Numbered from the stretch's first letter, positions 14,190 through 36,913 are shown. The stretch: 64,000 bases of DNA from Amoebidium appalachense (GCA_963693365.1 CAVNZM010000002.1:8591059-8655058); one strand, 5' to 3'. Notes: a model not told the origin generated them from the letters alone. Translations and numbers: made by a program.

Positions 14190-15336
14190 GGGGGGGGGGT
14201 TAGGTGGGCGGGGTGGGCACGTTTTTTTTTTGGGGGGGGGGGGGGAAGAGGGGGGGGGGGGGGGGGGGGAGGGGGGGGGAGGGGGGAGGGGCGGGGGGGG
14301 AGGGGGGGGGGGAGGCACACCTTCATGCCATTACATCGTATTTCGTGCTAACGTGTAAATGCACAGTGCAGTTACATCACAACACGAGCCACTCAAATGG
14401 CTCACGAACTCGCGCGCACACACACACACAGGTGTATGTACGTGTGTAACACAAACACACACATATACCCACAGCACACATACACCGTGGTTTGTCCCCT
14501 CCCCCCACACACACACACAAACACACCAACCACCCACACACACTTATATCACCTACCCGCCCACCCGCCCATCCACCCATCCACCAAAGCCACACATCCA
14601 ACCACCCACCTCCACCCACCAACACCTCCTCCCTCTCCCCCATACCCCCACCCCCCTCCCTGTCCCCCCTCCTCCCTCTTCCAACCCCCCCCCCCCCCCC
14701 TTCCCCTACACACACACCTTTTCCTCCACACGTGGTAGACCCACAGGAGTGCTCACACTCTTCCCCATCGTCTTCCCACCCACCGGTACCGCTGCCGACC
14801 CATTCACATTCATGCCTGCAGCCGGCCAGGGGGCCGCCTGAGAGGAAGACGAAGAGTGGAATGGCTCGCGCCTGTTTTCGGCCCTTACGATTGGCTGAGA
14901 GTTCGGTGCCTGCCACGATTGCTTCGAACTGGAATTCTTCTCGTCGGCCTCCCAGAATGTTCCAGACGACGACGAGAATGGGTCACGTGGCTGGACCTGA
15001 TCACGTGATCCCATGGAGACGGGCTGTTCGCTCTGCCGTCTGGTATGTGCCTCGAATTCCTGCTGGCGCCTTCTCTGGCTCTCCTCGAATTCCATCTTGG
15101 ACAGACGCATCGCCAGATCGACGTCTCCGTCATCATCCCTGCGATTTGATTGGCCATAGCCGCCAAAGTCACGTGACGCGGAGGCGTTATCCGTGCGATT
15201 CGATTGGCTGTAGCTGCTGGTGGCAATGTCGGAGGAGCCGCTGGCTTCTTCATAGCGCCGCCTGGCCTCGTCCTTTCCCTCTTTCACGGTGGGGGTGCTG
15301 AAGAAAGAGGGCGGGTGTGTTAGCTAAAGACTAAAG

Positions 15337-15413
<77 letters not shown>

Positions 15414-17335
15414 ATGTGTAGGTGTGTGCATGTATGTGTGCGTGTGTGTGTGTGTGCTTATGTAGGTGTGTGCGTGTGTGTGTGCGTGCGTATGTCCAAT
15501 TTATGTGTGAACCAATATGCGTACATGGTTTCGGTGGTGCTGGTGGTAGCGGTGGCAACCATGTGTGTGTGTGTGTGCTTGGAATGGGCAGGGACCAGGA
15601 AGGAGAAGGGATGGGGGGAAAGGGGGGGGGGGGGGGGGGTTGAGGGGGAGGAGACGAAAGAAGATGGGGGATTGGGAGAACGTAAGCGCATGCACTAAAT
15701 GAGTGTACGTGTGTGGATGGTCACTGATAGTGCCATAGTGCCACACCTCCCCACACGTGTGCACGTGTGCATGGGTTTCACTTGTATGGTGTGTGTGTTA
15801 TTGCATGTGTGTGTGTTTTTGCATGTGGGTGTTTTTTTGCATGTGTGTGTGTTTTTGCATGTGTGTGTGTTTTTGCATCGCATAGTGTGAATAGCGGTGA
15901 GCTGGACACGCACACCAGTTACCATACCAGTCACTCGAGTGTGTATGAGGACTATCTATCCCCCATACTTTTACGATGTGCAAACTCTCCTCCCCTCCCC
16001 CCTCCCCCTCCCCCCCCCCCCCCCCCCCCCTCCACACACACACACATACACCCCATCCCAGCCTCCTGTCACACAAACACAAACAACTACTATAAAGGTG
16101 TCCCCCCCCCCCCCCCCCCCCCCCCCCCTTCCCCTCCCTTCCCGAACCCCTTCCCCCCGCCCCCCCCCACTCCAAACACACACGCCCCTCCCCACGCTCC
16201 CGTTGCCAATCACACACAACTACCATAAAGGCATCCCCCCTCCTCCCCCCCTCCTTCCCGGACCCCCCCCCCCCCCCCTCTCTGTAGCGCGCACACACAC
16301 CTATCCCCATCTGGCTTGCACCCTCCAACCCACCTTCCCATTTCACTTTAGTAAGCACCCATCCCCCCCCCTCCCCCCTCCCCACCCTTTTCCCCCTTCC
16401 CCCAGCTAACCATCTACTCCCGCCAGCCGACCCTCCCCCCCCCCCCCCCCCCCCTTCCCCCCCTGCAAACCAGCCTCCCCTCCGCCCCCCCACCTCCCCC
16501 TCCACACACACATACGCAACTCTCCCCGCCCCACTCGTTGATTCTCTCCTTCACCATCCCTTTTCCCATCTCACCTGGCGCTCACCCAACCACAGGCTGC
16601 CATTCCAACAAGCTAGCCATACACCTAACCGATAGAACCCACAAACACCTCCCTCTCCCCCCCACACGTGCAGACAACCATTATTTTACTACACCCACAG
16701 CACACGGGGGACACGCACAGCTCTTACGACCCATTTACTGCTGAAACAAGGACAAGTACAGACGTGTGCGAGTAGACGTGAGCACACAGGAACACCTCAC
16801 AACTTGCACGGAAACGAACACAAACTCAGAAACCACTGTTATCCTGCAGCCACACAGAGGCACGGAAGCACGAGAGCCACACAGATCCCCCTCTCTCTTC
16901 TCCCCACGAAGGAGTGGGGGACACACACGTCCATTCAAACCTCCCTCCCTACCCCTCACCCCCACCCCCACCCTCCACCTCTCCCCCCCTTCCCGCCCAT
17001 ACACTTCTTTCTTATAACAAACCAGAAGCTTTGTACACTCAATCGAGCTCACTTCGGGGATCACACTTTTGTTGGTTGGGGGGTTGTTATTCCCTGTTCT
17101 GAAGTCTCAAAGTAAAATTCATGATGTTTGAACCAGTAACGTTCGCGTGCACAGCATTGCAGTCATGCACAACTTTCAAGTAATTTGCTTTTTTCACATC
17201 TCAATTTGCAGCACATGTTATGGAGCATGCAACTTGCCCCACTAGCAGGGGTGTAATGAGAACGCCGGGCTAAATTTGTATCACTATATTAGAGAAGAAA
17301 CCTTTTTTACTAGTTTCGGGAGCCAAAATGGGGTT

Positions 17336-17391
<56 letters not shown>

Positions 17392-17450
17392 CGCATGTGT
17401 GTGGTGTTATGTTGTGTGTGTTTGTGTTTGTGTGCGTGTGTGTGTGTGCG

Positions 17451-17534
<84 letters not shown>

Positions 17535-17824
17535 GGTGGGTGGGTGGGTGGGTGGGTGGGTGCTTGTGTGTGCGCGTTTACCGTGGGGTTTTTTGAGTAT
17601 GACACCAGATTTTGTCAACCGAGAAACTTTTGATGTATAAATTTGTGCTGAAACATACGACTTTTAACGAAGTTTTTTGCACCTCCCAGAACACACTTTC
17701 ACTTGAACTCTCACCTGTTCCAGTAGCTGGAGGCGTCTCCTGCTGCCACACCATTATCCTCATAGTAGGTGGGGTATTTGCTCTTTTTGGACTTACCCGC
17801 GAATGCTGCTTTTACTTTTTTCAT
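11031..17824 (-). CDS. UIM + OTU (otubain/OTULIN-like) domain protein, probable pseudo-deubiquitinase, with NPF/DPF motifs and a Gly/Met-rich tail (about 680-700 aa)
   Basis: Phase-consistent GT-AG exons: 17824-17715, 15297-14718, 12949-12734, 12352-12233, 12045-11031. The UIM-like motif [19 protein letters not shown] is at about 15081-15137. OTU-like segments are [38 protein letters not shown] and [14 protein letters not shown]. The Gly/Met tail ending GARW* needs a 1-nt correction, for example in the G5 run at 11372-11376; as sequenced the frame ends at 10975. Confidence 0.75.
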
Positions 17825-18830
17825 TTTCTTGGCCTAGAAAAAGGCTTTGAGAAGGTTTGGTTAAACAGAAATGCTATGTTAGTGCATAAATATAAAGAGC
17901 ATTGGCGCCCTTATTTACTCGGCTTTATGGATAGCTTTGTTCCGTTAGCAGGATTGATTATGGTCGTGTTTTGTGCCACAGAGTCGATTTGACAGCACGG
18001 TAACGACAACGAAACCGTTTGAGTCTCGAACGTGCACTCGTTTCGTTTGTGACTTTGATATGTAAAACACCTTATCATAAACAGGGTTTTTGCGGTTTTT
18101 CCTCTAAAGGAAATCACATGCCTACACTTTTATTTACACTACACTTTTAGTTTCTTGATATTATGTTACCGAACATTGAAATTTTAGTAGGAGTGTGAAA
18201 AGCTGTGTGTGAACCGATGCTGGAGGGTTTTCCTACGATTATATACTCGCTCCCAGCCAGCATCTGATTGGTTATCGGCGAACCGTATAAATCTGATAAA
18301 AATAACTGGCATTGGTGATTGGTCGAAGTAAGAGCAATGTAGATCCCCAACAGAATTTGACATAACATACATAAGGACTCCAAGCAAAGAGGATGTAGAA
18401 AGGACCAAGTAATGAAATATTACTGTAGTTACTAAGCGGTTTGACTTTTTTCAGAAGGGAGTTTTAGTTGTTTTTTCACATTCACAGCACCCGTTCTTTA
18501 TCAGTACAAAAACAGATCATTGAATGGTCCAGATCCACAACTTGCTGAAACTCTTTTTAGCTAAGATCTAGCCATGACCTGTATTGAATCAATAACGATA
18601 CAGATAAACTCAAAGCGGCTTTCCCGGGCAAGTATCAGCTTTTAACCAATCGGATCGCACTAACCAAAAACCCACAGTGCCGAGACCGTAGCACGCCGTG
18701 ACCGTTTAACCTCGTTTGCGCTTTTACTTGTGTGTTCCTGCAAGAGCTAAGTTAAGAGTGTCGTGTGCGGTGAACTTTTCCGCTAATCGAATCGTCAATT
18801 TAAGGACTGCTTTACTGATTACTATCGAAG
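17825..18830. promoter_or_regulatory. Divergent (head-to-head) promoter region shared by the OTU-like and rhomboid genes
   Basis: About 1 kb of repeat-free sequence between opposed ATGs (17824 minus, 18831 plus). ATTGG/CCAAT boxes occur at about 18267, 18312, 18318 and 18646. Confidence 0.55.
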
Positions 18831-26369
<7,539 letters not shown>

Positions 26370-26586
26370 GGCTGTGGTTCCTAATTTGGCAACATGCTTT
26401 TAATGCACGAAGGTAATTGGTTACTTCGTGGAAAGGAGGATGTTTCCTGTTTTCTGTTTTTATTTGGTAGAATGTGTGATGATGCTGGTGGGATGTGTGT
26501 GGGTGCTTGCCTGCGTTCGTGGCTGTGTTTGCATGTGCGGGGGGGGGGGGGGGGGGGGGGGGGTTGTTGTTGCAAAAAGTTCTAAG

Positions 26587-26653
<67 letters not shown>

Positions 26654-27766
26654 TTTTTTTTTTTTTTCTCTTTTGGACGAGTTAACCAAAAGTGTCTCTT
26701 TGCTGTCATCCACCCAGGACAGGTGATGTCTACCAGAACCCAACAAGAACACCTCAGCTGCCGAGTAATTGAAACCGTAGGCGAGAGTAACAAACAGCCT
26801 TTTCGTCGATTTTTGCTCCGTCGATAAAACACGGAGATAAAACACGGATCCATTTAAGAATCCTTTAGGAACGAAGGGAAGAAACAGTAAATACGGTAAA
26901 TGTTCTCCGTATTTTTGCAACTGAGTGCAGTAGGAGGCTGCTTGTTTGTGTAATTACGTGCAAGTGTTTGCATGATGTACCACGTGCGTAGGTTGCATGC
27001 AAGGAAGCTATATTAGTCAGGGTTTACGCTGTTTACTCGAGGCAAAGTATTAGTTGGCATGCTCTGTGGAGAGGATTATTGTAAGGCCACGGCGTTCTAG
27101 AACGCTCTATTTTTAGATTAGTTTTCTAATATTAGTAACAAACTGCATTTTGGGTACCTTCAGCATCCCCTCCTTTGTTTAATAAAGGTTGCTGCTATTA
27201 TTAGCCATGGCTATTGCAAGATACAGAAGTGTAGGTATTTATGTGTGAGTCCTATCAATCACTTGAGCAGAATTGTGTTGTTGTGCACAGAGCATATTCA
27301 AGTATGCACACGTGTCATTACATAAATATAAACGTAACGTAGGTTTAATTTATGAAGTGCGAATGCAAGTCGCACGACAAAATATTGGTGCACTAAAGGG
27401 AGCTTTTTTTAGGTTTCCGGTTCTGGTCAGGCCTTGGGTTTTGGGCCCACCATGTGATTGGCGTCATGCGAAGTCTAGCCTGCTTGACCCCAAAGGGCTT
27501 ATGAATTTGACCTCAGAGAAAATATCTTTTTTAACTCTGTGGTTTCGTTGGCACACCTTTTCCCACCTTCCTGTTTTTATAATATGGAATTTTTAAGACT
27601 TTGATTTAATCGTCCTTTCTCTTGCTCCTTCTCTCAAGACCTTCATGATTAATTTTGTCACCTGTTGGTTTTTTCTTCTTTTATCCCCCCCTCCCCTCCC
27701 CTCCCCCTGCCCGCCCGCCGGTGATAAAGGTTCTGCATGACAGTGTGCCCCCCCCCCCCCCCCCCC

Positions 27767-27797
<31 letters not shown>

Positions 27798-28734
27798 AGA
27801 AGAATCATCTTTTCTTTGAAAGAGCTCGAGAAAGAGGGGGGGGGGGGGGGGACGGCACATACGGTGCTAGTGTAAGACATGTGTACACACACATACACGC
27901 GTGCGCTATGTGCACACCCATGCAGTGTCACACACACACAGACACGTGTCACAAACTCGTGCACACCCCCACCCCCTCCTGGGCCCCAGCCACCCTCCTA
28001 ATGTTAGTTAGGCCTGCACACTGGTCCCGTGGGGGAAAGGTTCCCCCCCCCCCCCCCCCCCCCCGGCCCCCTGAGTCCCTCCCTCCGGCCCTCGAGAGTT
28101 CTCTCGAATACCTTGAAACACATGCATCTCCACACGGTACTTGGTAGGGTGAAATAATATATATGTTGTGCACCGGCGCGACCGTCATGATGATGCCCAG
28201 GCCGGCGCAGCTTTCGGGCGCGGGTTCGGAATGAATGTAGGAGTCGCATTAATATTCGTGCTCGTTTTCGATGGATGGTACCCAGTGGCACATGCGGCGG
28301 TGTCACGCGCACGCGGTTTGAACAAGTAGAGCACAGAACTGTACCTGTCGCATGCTACGCAGCCACTACACGAACCCGAAGGCCGTTGGGGTCACGGAAG
28401 CCACATAAGCGACCCAAGTCCCGGGTGGAAATAAGAATACAAATTAAACAATGCTTGGCTCATTTGTAAACACGTATAGTCACTGGCCGGGCAGTTTGTT
28501 GGGTTTAGCGTTCCATTCAAATATTCTACAGCTATTCCTACTTTTTAATTTTGCTTGTTTTATCGGAATTTTCTCTCTCTCTCTCTCACTTTTTTTTATT
28601 CCCCCCTTTTTTCCCCCTTTTTTCTTTTGGGCTTTTGTACATGTAAGGAAAACGTCTTCCACTTGGCTCTGCCTATCCCCCTATAGCGACGCTCTGTACA
28701 ACCACAGTCAAAATATCAACCGTCTGATATCGTT

Positions 28735-30783
28735 ATGGAGCATAACGAAGATGTCTACAACTCACCAGCCGGCCCATCCGGCCACGTGCACAAACCTGGG
28801 CCCTCTCTTCCGGAAAACGACAGGGATACGGGGTTTCCAATCCGGAAAGCGAAAACAACAACAAGCAGCAGAGATGGCAAAGAGGAGGACTCAGAACTCG
28901 AGGCTCTAACAGCACAGCTTGAACTTGTAAATTTGGAGCTGGACGTATCAAAGGCACCTGAGGGGTCGGATTATGTTTTGGCGCTGTTGGAGTATAGGGA
29001 TGGTTTGGAGAACATGCGCACAGCCATTTTGGACAGGTATTTGCACTTACATTACCCTCCCTCTCTCCCTCCCCCCCCCCCCCCCCCTCTCCCCCCTTCT
29101 TCCTCCCTCCCCCACAACACACACACACATCCCTCAGCTCTTCGATCCCCTGACCCTTATGTGCTATCTCCGAATTGCAGTGGCTGGGGCCCTAATTCCT
29201 GGTGCATACCGTTCAGCATGCATACTCACCTGCCTTTACCCTGGATGTACTCACGGACACAAAACGATCACGTACACATGCAAGCCAGCACGTATGCATG
29301 CGCACACTCTCGTAGTCACGTTTTTGAGGGGACTCGAGGGGGGGGGGGGGGGGGGGGGGGGGGGAGGGGGGGTTGATATTCCATTGGACATACAAGTAGC
29401 CATATAAATGCACGCAGCGCCAAAGGAATAAAAATGTTTTGGTTAGTTGGTCATTTTTGAGTAGCTTGTAACTAGCCTTTATGCAAATGGCATTTCAACG
29501 ACATGCTCTGGTCACCCCAGGCGGTTCTGTGCACGTCTGCCCACCATCAACCCCAAAGATGCCGTAGTGATTGGGTCGTTTCTCGCCGAGGAGCAACGGG
29601 CAGAGAACGACCACCGCCTTGCTATGAGACTAAGTGGGAGGTCTGTGCCTGAGCCAGCACGTGATGAGGGGCCCTCTACCTCGGCAGGTGTGTTCTCTGT
29701 ATATGCTCGTATCATGAGTTGTTTATTAATCGGCTACTGCACATAATTGTCGCTATGGGCTCCGACGCATCATTATTGGGGTTTGCCTACATATGGTAAT
29801 TTGCCTTTTTAGGCATTCGCCGTATATGAAGTGCAATCGATAAAAGACGCTGTGACGTGATCAATTCATTTAGAGTCTCCTTGTCCGTCCCCGTAACCAA
29901 CTGCCAGAGCCGCATCGCAGTTTACATGCAGTATATTGCATGAAAATGGTACGGTAACAACAGGGAAAATGTTGTATTAGTTGTATGCCGATTGACAGTT
30001 TTCCACCTGAATATGCGAAAAATGAAACCGACAAGAACTGTTACGGGCCACTTTATCGAAGGTCCAGACAAAAAACAACACAAATGTATTGCCGGCCAAA
30101 AAAAAAAAAGAAAAACAAAAAAAAACAAAAAAAAACGACAAACACTCAAAAACTGTCGTGTTAAATTTTACCACATTAATCAAGGAAAGGGCATTATAGA
30201 AAACGGTAAAAACCAAACTTTTCTAAAAACAACTAACACCTACGTTGGCACCATTTACAGGCTGTGGCGAACCTATACAAACGTGTCCCCGCACGCCCAA
30301 GCACACATGCAACGTGTGTTTGGAGAAAAAACACATTCTCGTGACTACGGAGTGTTCCCCTGAGTCTCACAAATTCTGCTATGCGTGCCTTAAGCGACTG
30401 TATGAGGCGGCGCTGGGGGATGAGGAGTTGATGCCTGTGAGGTAAAGTTTTGTGCACTTTTAATATTTTTAACTTTAAGTTTTAAAGTTTACCACAGACA
30501 ATTACTAAAAATCTTGCTAACGGCCAACTTGCCATAATAGGCATTTTCGGTTATTACAACTCCTAATATCATGCCAGTAATACAATATAGCTTTAATTAC
30601 GATGGCTGGGAAGGAACGCGTGTGGTGGAGCACAGGCCGTATTAGTGCCTCCCCCTCCTTCCCGCCTCCCCCCACCCCCCTCCCCCTCCCCACACACACC
30701 CCACCCCCGGACGCACCTGACACACCCACAATCTGAAAACTTATGCATACTTGGATTACCTCCCTTACCTTGGATTACCTCCC

Positions 30784-30828
<45 letters not shown>

Positions 30829-31584
30829 ACACAGCCAAACACGCATATCAGACCCGCACACGGTGTATATCCGTACATGTACTCTCTTAGGCCCTTGTGG
30901 GACCTAAGTCACCCGAATACACAACTTTCAGTTGGCTTTCCCTCTCCTCCCCCCTCCCCCCTCTCCCTCTCTCTTCCACCCATCCCCCTCCAACCTTCTC
31001 CCCCCCCCCCCCCCCCCCCCCCGTCGCCGCCTCCCCCTTACATTCTCTATCATCCTGCCCCCGTTCTAAATGCAATTATCCATGATCTCTACTTTAATTA
31101 TACCAAATACCTTTTCGTTTTCCACGAATCGCATACACGTGCTCCATCGTGTTTTTCTGCTACTTTTATAATGATATAGGCATCATTATTTCTACTTCTC
31201 CTCCTTGCAAATAACTGCTGATTATGCACCCCTTAAAATGACTGTTGATTGGGTGCTCTTTGTTTTTTAATTATAATATCTGCCATTCAGGTGCTGTGGA
31301 AAACCCCTGGCTCGTTCCGTGTCCCGTTCAGTGCTTAACCCCACCCAGCTGGCCCGGTTTGATGTTCTGTGGGAAGAGGTGCACGTTACATCCCGAGTTT
31401 ACTGCCCAAACCCGAGGTAAATCCCTCCAGTCATCCAACAAAGTTTCCTGATGCACACACACATATACATACGGTATTACATACCCAACCCTTCTCCCCC
31501 CCCCCCCCCCCCCTCCTCTCTCTCCCCCTTTCACCGGGGCCCTCCAAATGACTGACATTTCTAACTCTTTCCCATCCCCCCCCG

Positions 31585-31620
<36 letters not shown>

Positions 31621-32182
31621 CCGTGCCCCCACGTCGAGTTTACCTGCCTTACCCCATCGAAGACGACTTTTGCTAACCTCATCCCTCCCCTCACCACACC
31701 TCCATTCCCCACCTCCCCATCATTTCTCTAAACAACACCACCCCACACACACACACACATTTTACACACTCATCCACCTAGTAGCCATCCTGCCCTCTCC
31801 TCTTCACATGCCACACACATCCCTCTTAAGCATTCCCTCCCGGAGTCCATCCTCCTGACCCTCCCCCCCCCCCCCCCCCCCCCCCCCACACACACACACG
31901 CCTTCCCCCCCCCCCCCCCCCCTCCACACACACACACACCTTCCCCCCCCCCCCCCCCACACACACACACACGCACACACACACACGTGTGTAAACAGGT
32001 GCTCTGCGTTTCTGGGAGAGCAGCAAACCAGGGAGGCCAAGTCATGCCCCAGCTGCCAAACAGAATACTGTGCCGGGTGTGGGCAGACACCCCATGAGGG
32101 GGTGTGTGTGCATGAGACGGAGGGGGAGGCCGAACTCAGACAGGTACACTCAGCCCCCCACGCACGTGTGCGCACACGCGTG

Positions 32183-32221
<39 letters not shown>

Positions 32222-32946
32222 CCACATCCACAAACACACACACAAATGCACTCGCACGCACGCACGCACACAAAACACGCCAGGCGAAAGTGGATAACCC
32301 CCTGCTCTCCCCTCCCCTCTCTCCCCCACTCCTCCCCCCCTCCCCCCCCCCCCCCCCCTCTCCCCCCTCCCTCCCCGCCTTCCTGGAGGCTGGCCGTTCT
32401 TAAACATACTCCTTTGGTGTATTCTTCGTGCATATTAGCGAAAATCTGAACCCCCACCATCCACCAGTTTCCCCGATTGCCAAGGGCCGGTAAAGATAAT
32501 CTTCCCCCCCCCCACCTCCCCACCTCCCCCTCCCCCGCCTCCCCCCCCCCCAAAAAAAAACCCTTTCCCCCTCCCCCCCCCCCCACCTCCCCGGGCATAT
32601 GCTATCCCGATCCTCGACCCACCCTCTCCATAATAACAGCCTACCTCTCACTCCCTTGCTCCTTTTAAACCCCATACACACTCCCCCACCTCTTCCCCCC
32701 TGATTTAGCTCACCCTTTCCCCTCCCCCCGCACCCCTGTTCTCCCCTCCCCTTCCCCCCCTTGCACGCATACACAGACGGGCACACTCTGGAAACGAATT
32801 CTGTGCAATAACACTGGGACACGCCCTCACACATACACATACGCACTCACACATGCACCCACCCACTCACTCACCCACAACCCTCACCCTCCTCTCCCCC
32901 CCTCTCCCACTCCCCCCCCCTCTCCCCCCCCCCGCCCCCCTTCCCC

Positions 32947-32992
<46 letters not shown>

Positions 32993-33258
32993 ACCCCCCC
33001 ACATACACGCACACGTACACACACATCAGGTGGCCGAATCTAAGGGCTGGAGACAGTGTCAGAGGTGCAAACGAGTAGTCGAACTTTCATATGGCTGCAA
33101 CCACATGACATGCCGATGCGGAAACCAATTCTGCTACGTGTGTGGGGTGTTGTGGAAGGGGTGTAGGTGCGATGTTTGGGAGGAGGGGAGGTTGGTTGAA
33201 AGAGCTAACGAGGTGGCAAGAGACCAGAACCGGAACGTGAACGAGGTACAATGGAGCC

Positions 33259-33297
<39 letters not shown>

Positions 33298-33328
33298 TAC
33301 CGTCCAAAAATAAAACCAAAACACTGCT

Positions 33329-33361
<33 letters not shown>

Positions 33362-33864
33362 CCAAACACAGACACGCGCACGCACACATGCGCGTGCGCA
33401 CAACCATCCCCCCCCCCCCCCCCCCCCCCCCCCCTCCCCCCTCCCCCCCCCCCCCCCCCCCCCCCCCGGTCTCTCTCGGGCCCTCGATGCCCCATGTAAC
33501 ATATAATCATGCTTGAAGATCTAGGCCCGCAGTGTGCAGCACAATTACCTGGTAATGCTGCCGATATCACGGCAATTATTGATTGATTATACCCATATAT
33601 TATATATGTGTTGTCTTTATTTGGGCGTGTACGTTACAAACTGTGCCTGTGAGATGTGAAGGTCTCGTCGTTCAAAATCGTCCCTAGTGGACTTAAGAGC
33701 CTGAAGGTAAACTTCGTCTCTACATTCTGATGTAGTTGATTTCGACGGACCAGCTTTTTTCACAAGATGCCATGTGCAGATTTGCTATCCGCTGGTAGGA
33801 TGATTTACTAGTAGGCCGAGTCCCATTACAGGCACCCCCTCTCTCCCTGACGCAATGCACCATG

Positions 33865-33946
<82 letters not shown>

Positions 33947-34011
33947 CGCACGCGCATGCGCATGCACACACACACACACGCACACACACACGCACACACA
34001 CACACCACGCG

Positions 34012-34079
<68 letters not shown>

Positions 34080-34447
34080 CCCCATTCCTTCCCTTCTCCC
34101 TGCCCCCCCCTTCCCCCTCCCCCCACCCCCCCCCCGCCCCCAAACACACACACACACACACCCCCTCCCCACTCCTTCCCTTCTCCCCCCCTTCCCCCCC
34201 CCCCCCCCCCCCCCCCCCCCCGCCCCCAAACACACACACACACACACACACCCTGGCACACCTACAGGTTGTCGAGCACCTGCGTGCCCACAACGAAGCA
34301 AACTGTGTGCACAACTACGCCAGGGTTGGTCACGGTCGCACACGTGGATGTGAGGGTTGCGGTTATCCACTGTATGTCTACCATTTTCACTGCCGCAACT
34401 GCTTCAGATCCGTTTGCTACACATGCCGCTTCTTCCGGGAGCGCTGA
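28735..34447 (+). CDS. RBR-type (RING1-IBR-RING2) E3 ubiquitin ligase with an extra C-terminal Cys/His finger (438 aa)
   Basis: Exons 28735-29036, 29521-29687, 30261-30441, 31291-31416, 31999-32143, 33030-33245 and 34268-34447 (1317 nt, all phases match). RING1 [19 protein letters not shown]; IBR YCPNPRC..CPSC..CAGC..H..C; RING2 [21 protein letters not shown] with the catalytic Cys. Confidence 0.93.
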
Positions 34448-35590
34448 CATCGTTGAAATTCTTTTCCAGTTCGAGACATTTGTTGTTTTCTTTTCCTTTT
34501 CTTTCTTTTAACTTCTTTTTTCCATCTTCACCCCCCCCCCCCCCCCCCCCCCCCCCCTCCCCCCCGCCCCTCCCCGTCCCCCTCCAACGCCAGATTTTGG
34601 AAATATTACGGCAGGGTATATCTCGGAGGTGTTCTGACAGCCGGAGCTGCGTGGATTTGTTCTTGCATATAAGGTAGAATCATTGTGGCATGCTTCAGAT
34701 GTATTTCTGGAATAATCAATTCAGCGTGTTTGGAGTGGTTATATTACACTATGCGATATGATATTGTACATGGACCCGGGGTTACAGTGTTTGAATTTTC
34801 CAACACTGAGTGCATGAATACTTTTTTTTTTTTTGAAAAAAAAACATTACATAGCATATCTCCCGGCGAGATCTCCTTTTTTGTTTTTGTCTACCAAAAA
34901 GACCTTGTGAAGAGAGTTTACAACGTTTCAGTTTGATGCTACGTATTTGTATCTCAATTTATTTTTATAAAGGGAAGCAAAGTGTGTTTCGCAATCCGCG
35001 CTTACTAGTAAAGTGGGTCACATACATGTTCAACTAATATAGGTAGGTGGCCCAGGTGGTGATGAAGGTCGAGCTAGTTACATCTGTGTGCTTACATAGT
35101 CTAAGACGTGTTGGTGTGTGTGCGTGTGGTGGTAACTTCAGTGTTGTTGGTTGAGGCCGGGGGAGGGGAGGGAGGAGGAAGAGGGAAGGGAGGAGGGAAG
35201 GGGGAGCCGGAGGGGGGGGGGAGGGGGGGGGGGGGAGGGGGAGGAACAACTTTATAGGTTTATCTCTGGGGGAGGGGAGGGGGGGGGGGGGGGGGGGGGG
35301 CAACAATTTTGTTCTGGTCTACCTCTACTAAGGAACAATGCCGGAATCCTCACACATACATACTGCGTGCTGGACCCAAGGTCTATGATATTTACAGAAT
35401 GGAAGCGATGATCCATATATTGTAACATTATGAAGTAGTAGCTAATTTAGCGCCCCCCTCCCCCCACCCCACCCCCCCCATCACAGCCTCTCTTTCTCTG
35501 TCTCCCCCCCCCCCTTCCCCCCCCCCCGGCCATCTGGGCAACTGTCCTCCGCACGTGTGCCAGTGCGCGCACACACACAACACACACGCA

Positions 35591-35651
<61 letters not shown>

Positions 35652-35978
35652 ACACACACATACGTACACACACACACACGCACGCGTACACACACACACA
35701 CGTACACGTACACACATACACACATACACACACACACGTACACACATAAACACAATTGCAAACACATAAACGCGCCCATGCCCACACACACGCACACACA
35801 CACGCACACGCACACACACACACACTGGCGTTTATCATTGAATTTCCACACATACTCCCAAACACGTGCATCGCAGACACTCCGTTTCGACCATAGACAC
35901 CCGCCTATGGCCGGAGCAGGAAGCAATCTCCAACTTCGGCACAATTGCGGACACACATTGTCAATAGACATCCGGCCT

Positions 35979-36009
<31 letters not shown>

Positions 36010-36913
36010 CCCCCTCCCCTCCCCCTCCCTCCCCCCGCCCGCCTTCTTTACGTGGCTGGGACAGCTCCGTCAACCATACACGTATTGATTATATGATTTG
36101 CAACACGTGCACGACTCAAGCCTAATAATTCAACTTGACCCAGCAATTCACATGCCTTGTGGTGTGACTGAAGCACACGCGGTTGAGAATCCCTACCCTA
36201 TGAACCTATGATATGGATGTAGTGAACTAATGATTACCACTAGTATATGGATAGCCTAGCTGAGCCCTGATTCCAGAGTACATTTATGACCGTCACTCCT
36301 GAGCGGGTCTCAGTTGTCAGTTGAGATCAGTTGGACACAGGCACACATGAGGTCTTGCATTAAAGATGGGTCACAGGTTTAGACATAACCCGAAACTCTA
36401 TTAAGAGCACATAGCACACAGACCACCACAGAGAACCCACCGAGGACCACATACACACATATAGTCGCTATTCAATTCATAGTGTAAGTGAATGTCTTTT
36501 CAATCGTTTTGTACCATATTGGTGACACACGGTGTCGAGATAAATACAACTGCACATTTTAACCACTATATGAAACTATTCAAAGTGTCACCAGGACGTC
36601 CAGAACATCGTGGGAGATATTCGGATGAGAATGTATATAAACAGACACGCGGTCACTTGAAAAACCATTATCGCTGCATTCTCTTGTTTGTTATGTTTCT
36701 CTTGCTCCGAGAATCGACTACCCGCTATCATGGCAGCTCAATCCAACTACAGCTCTTTTAATGCAAACACTGAGCCGACAATGCCAAACTCCAACTTTAC
36801 TGCTAGCGTTAATCCTGCTAGCGGCACCTTTCACGACTGACTGTAAATCCGCAACTTTTGATTTTGAAATGGTGTGCATTGTTGCAGTCCCAGACAAAAA
36901 CCCGCTACAAGAC

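Noticed and set aside
27092-27105. 14-bp palindrome GCGTTCTAGAACGC resembling a heat-shock element
   Set aside because: It has only two nGAAn units and lies about 1.6 kb from the nearest start codon.
36158-36600. Possible solo LTR
   Set aside because: No convincing TG...CA ends with a TSD and no second copy in the window.
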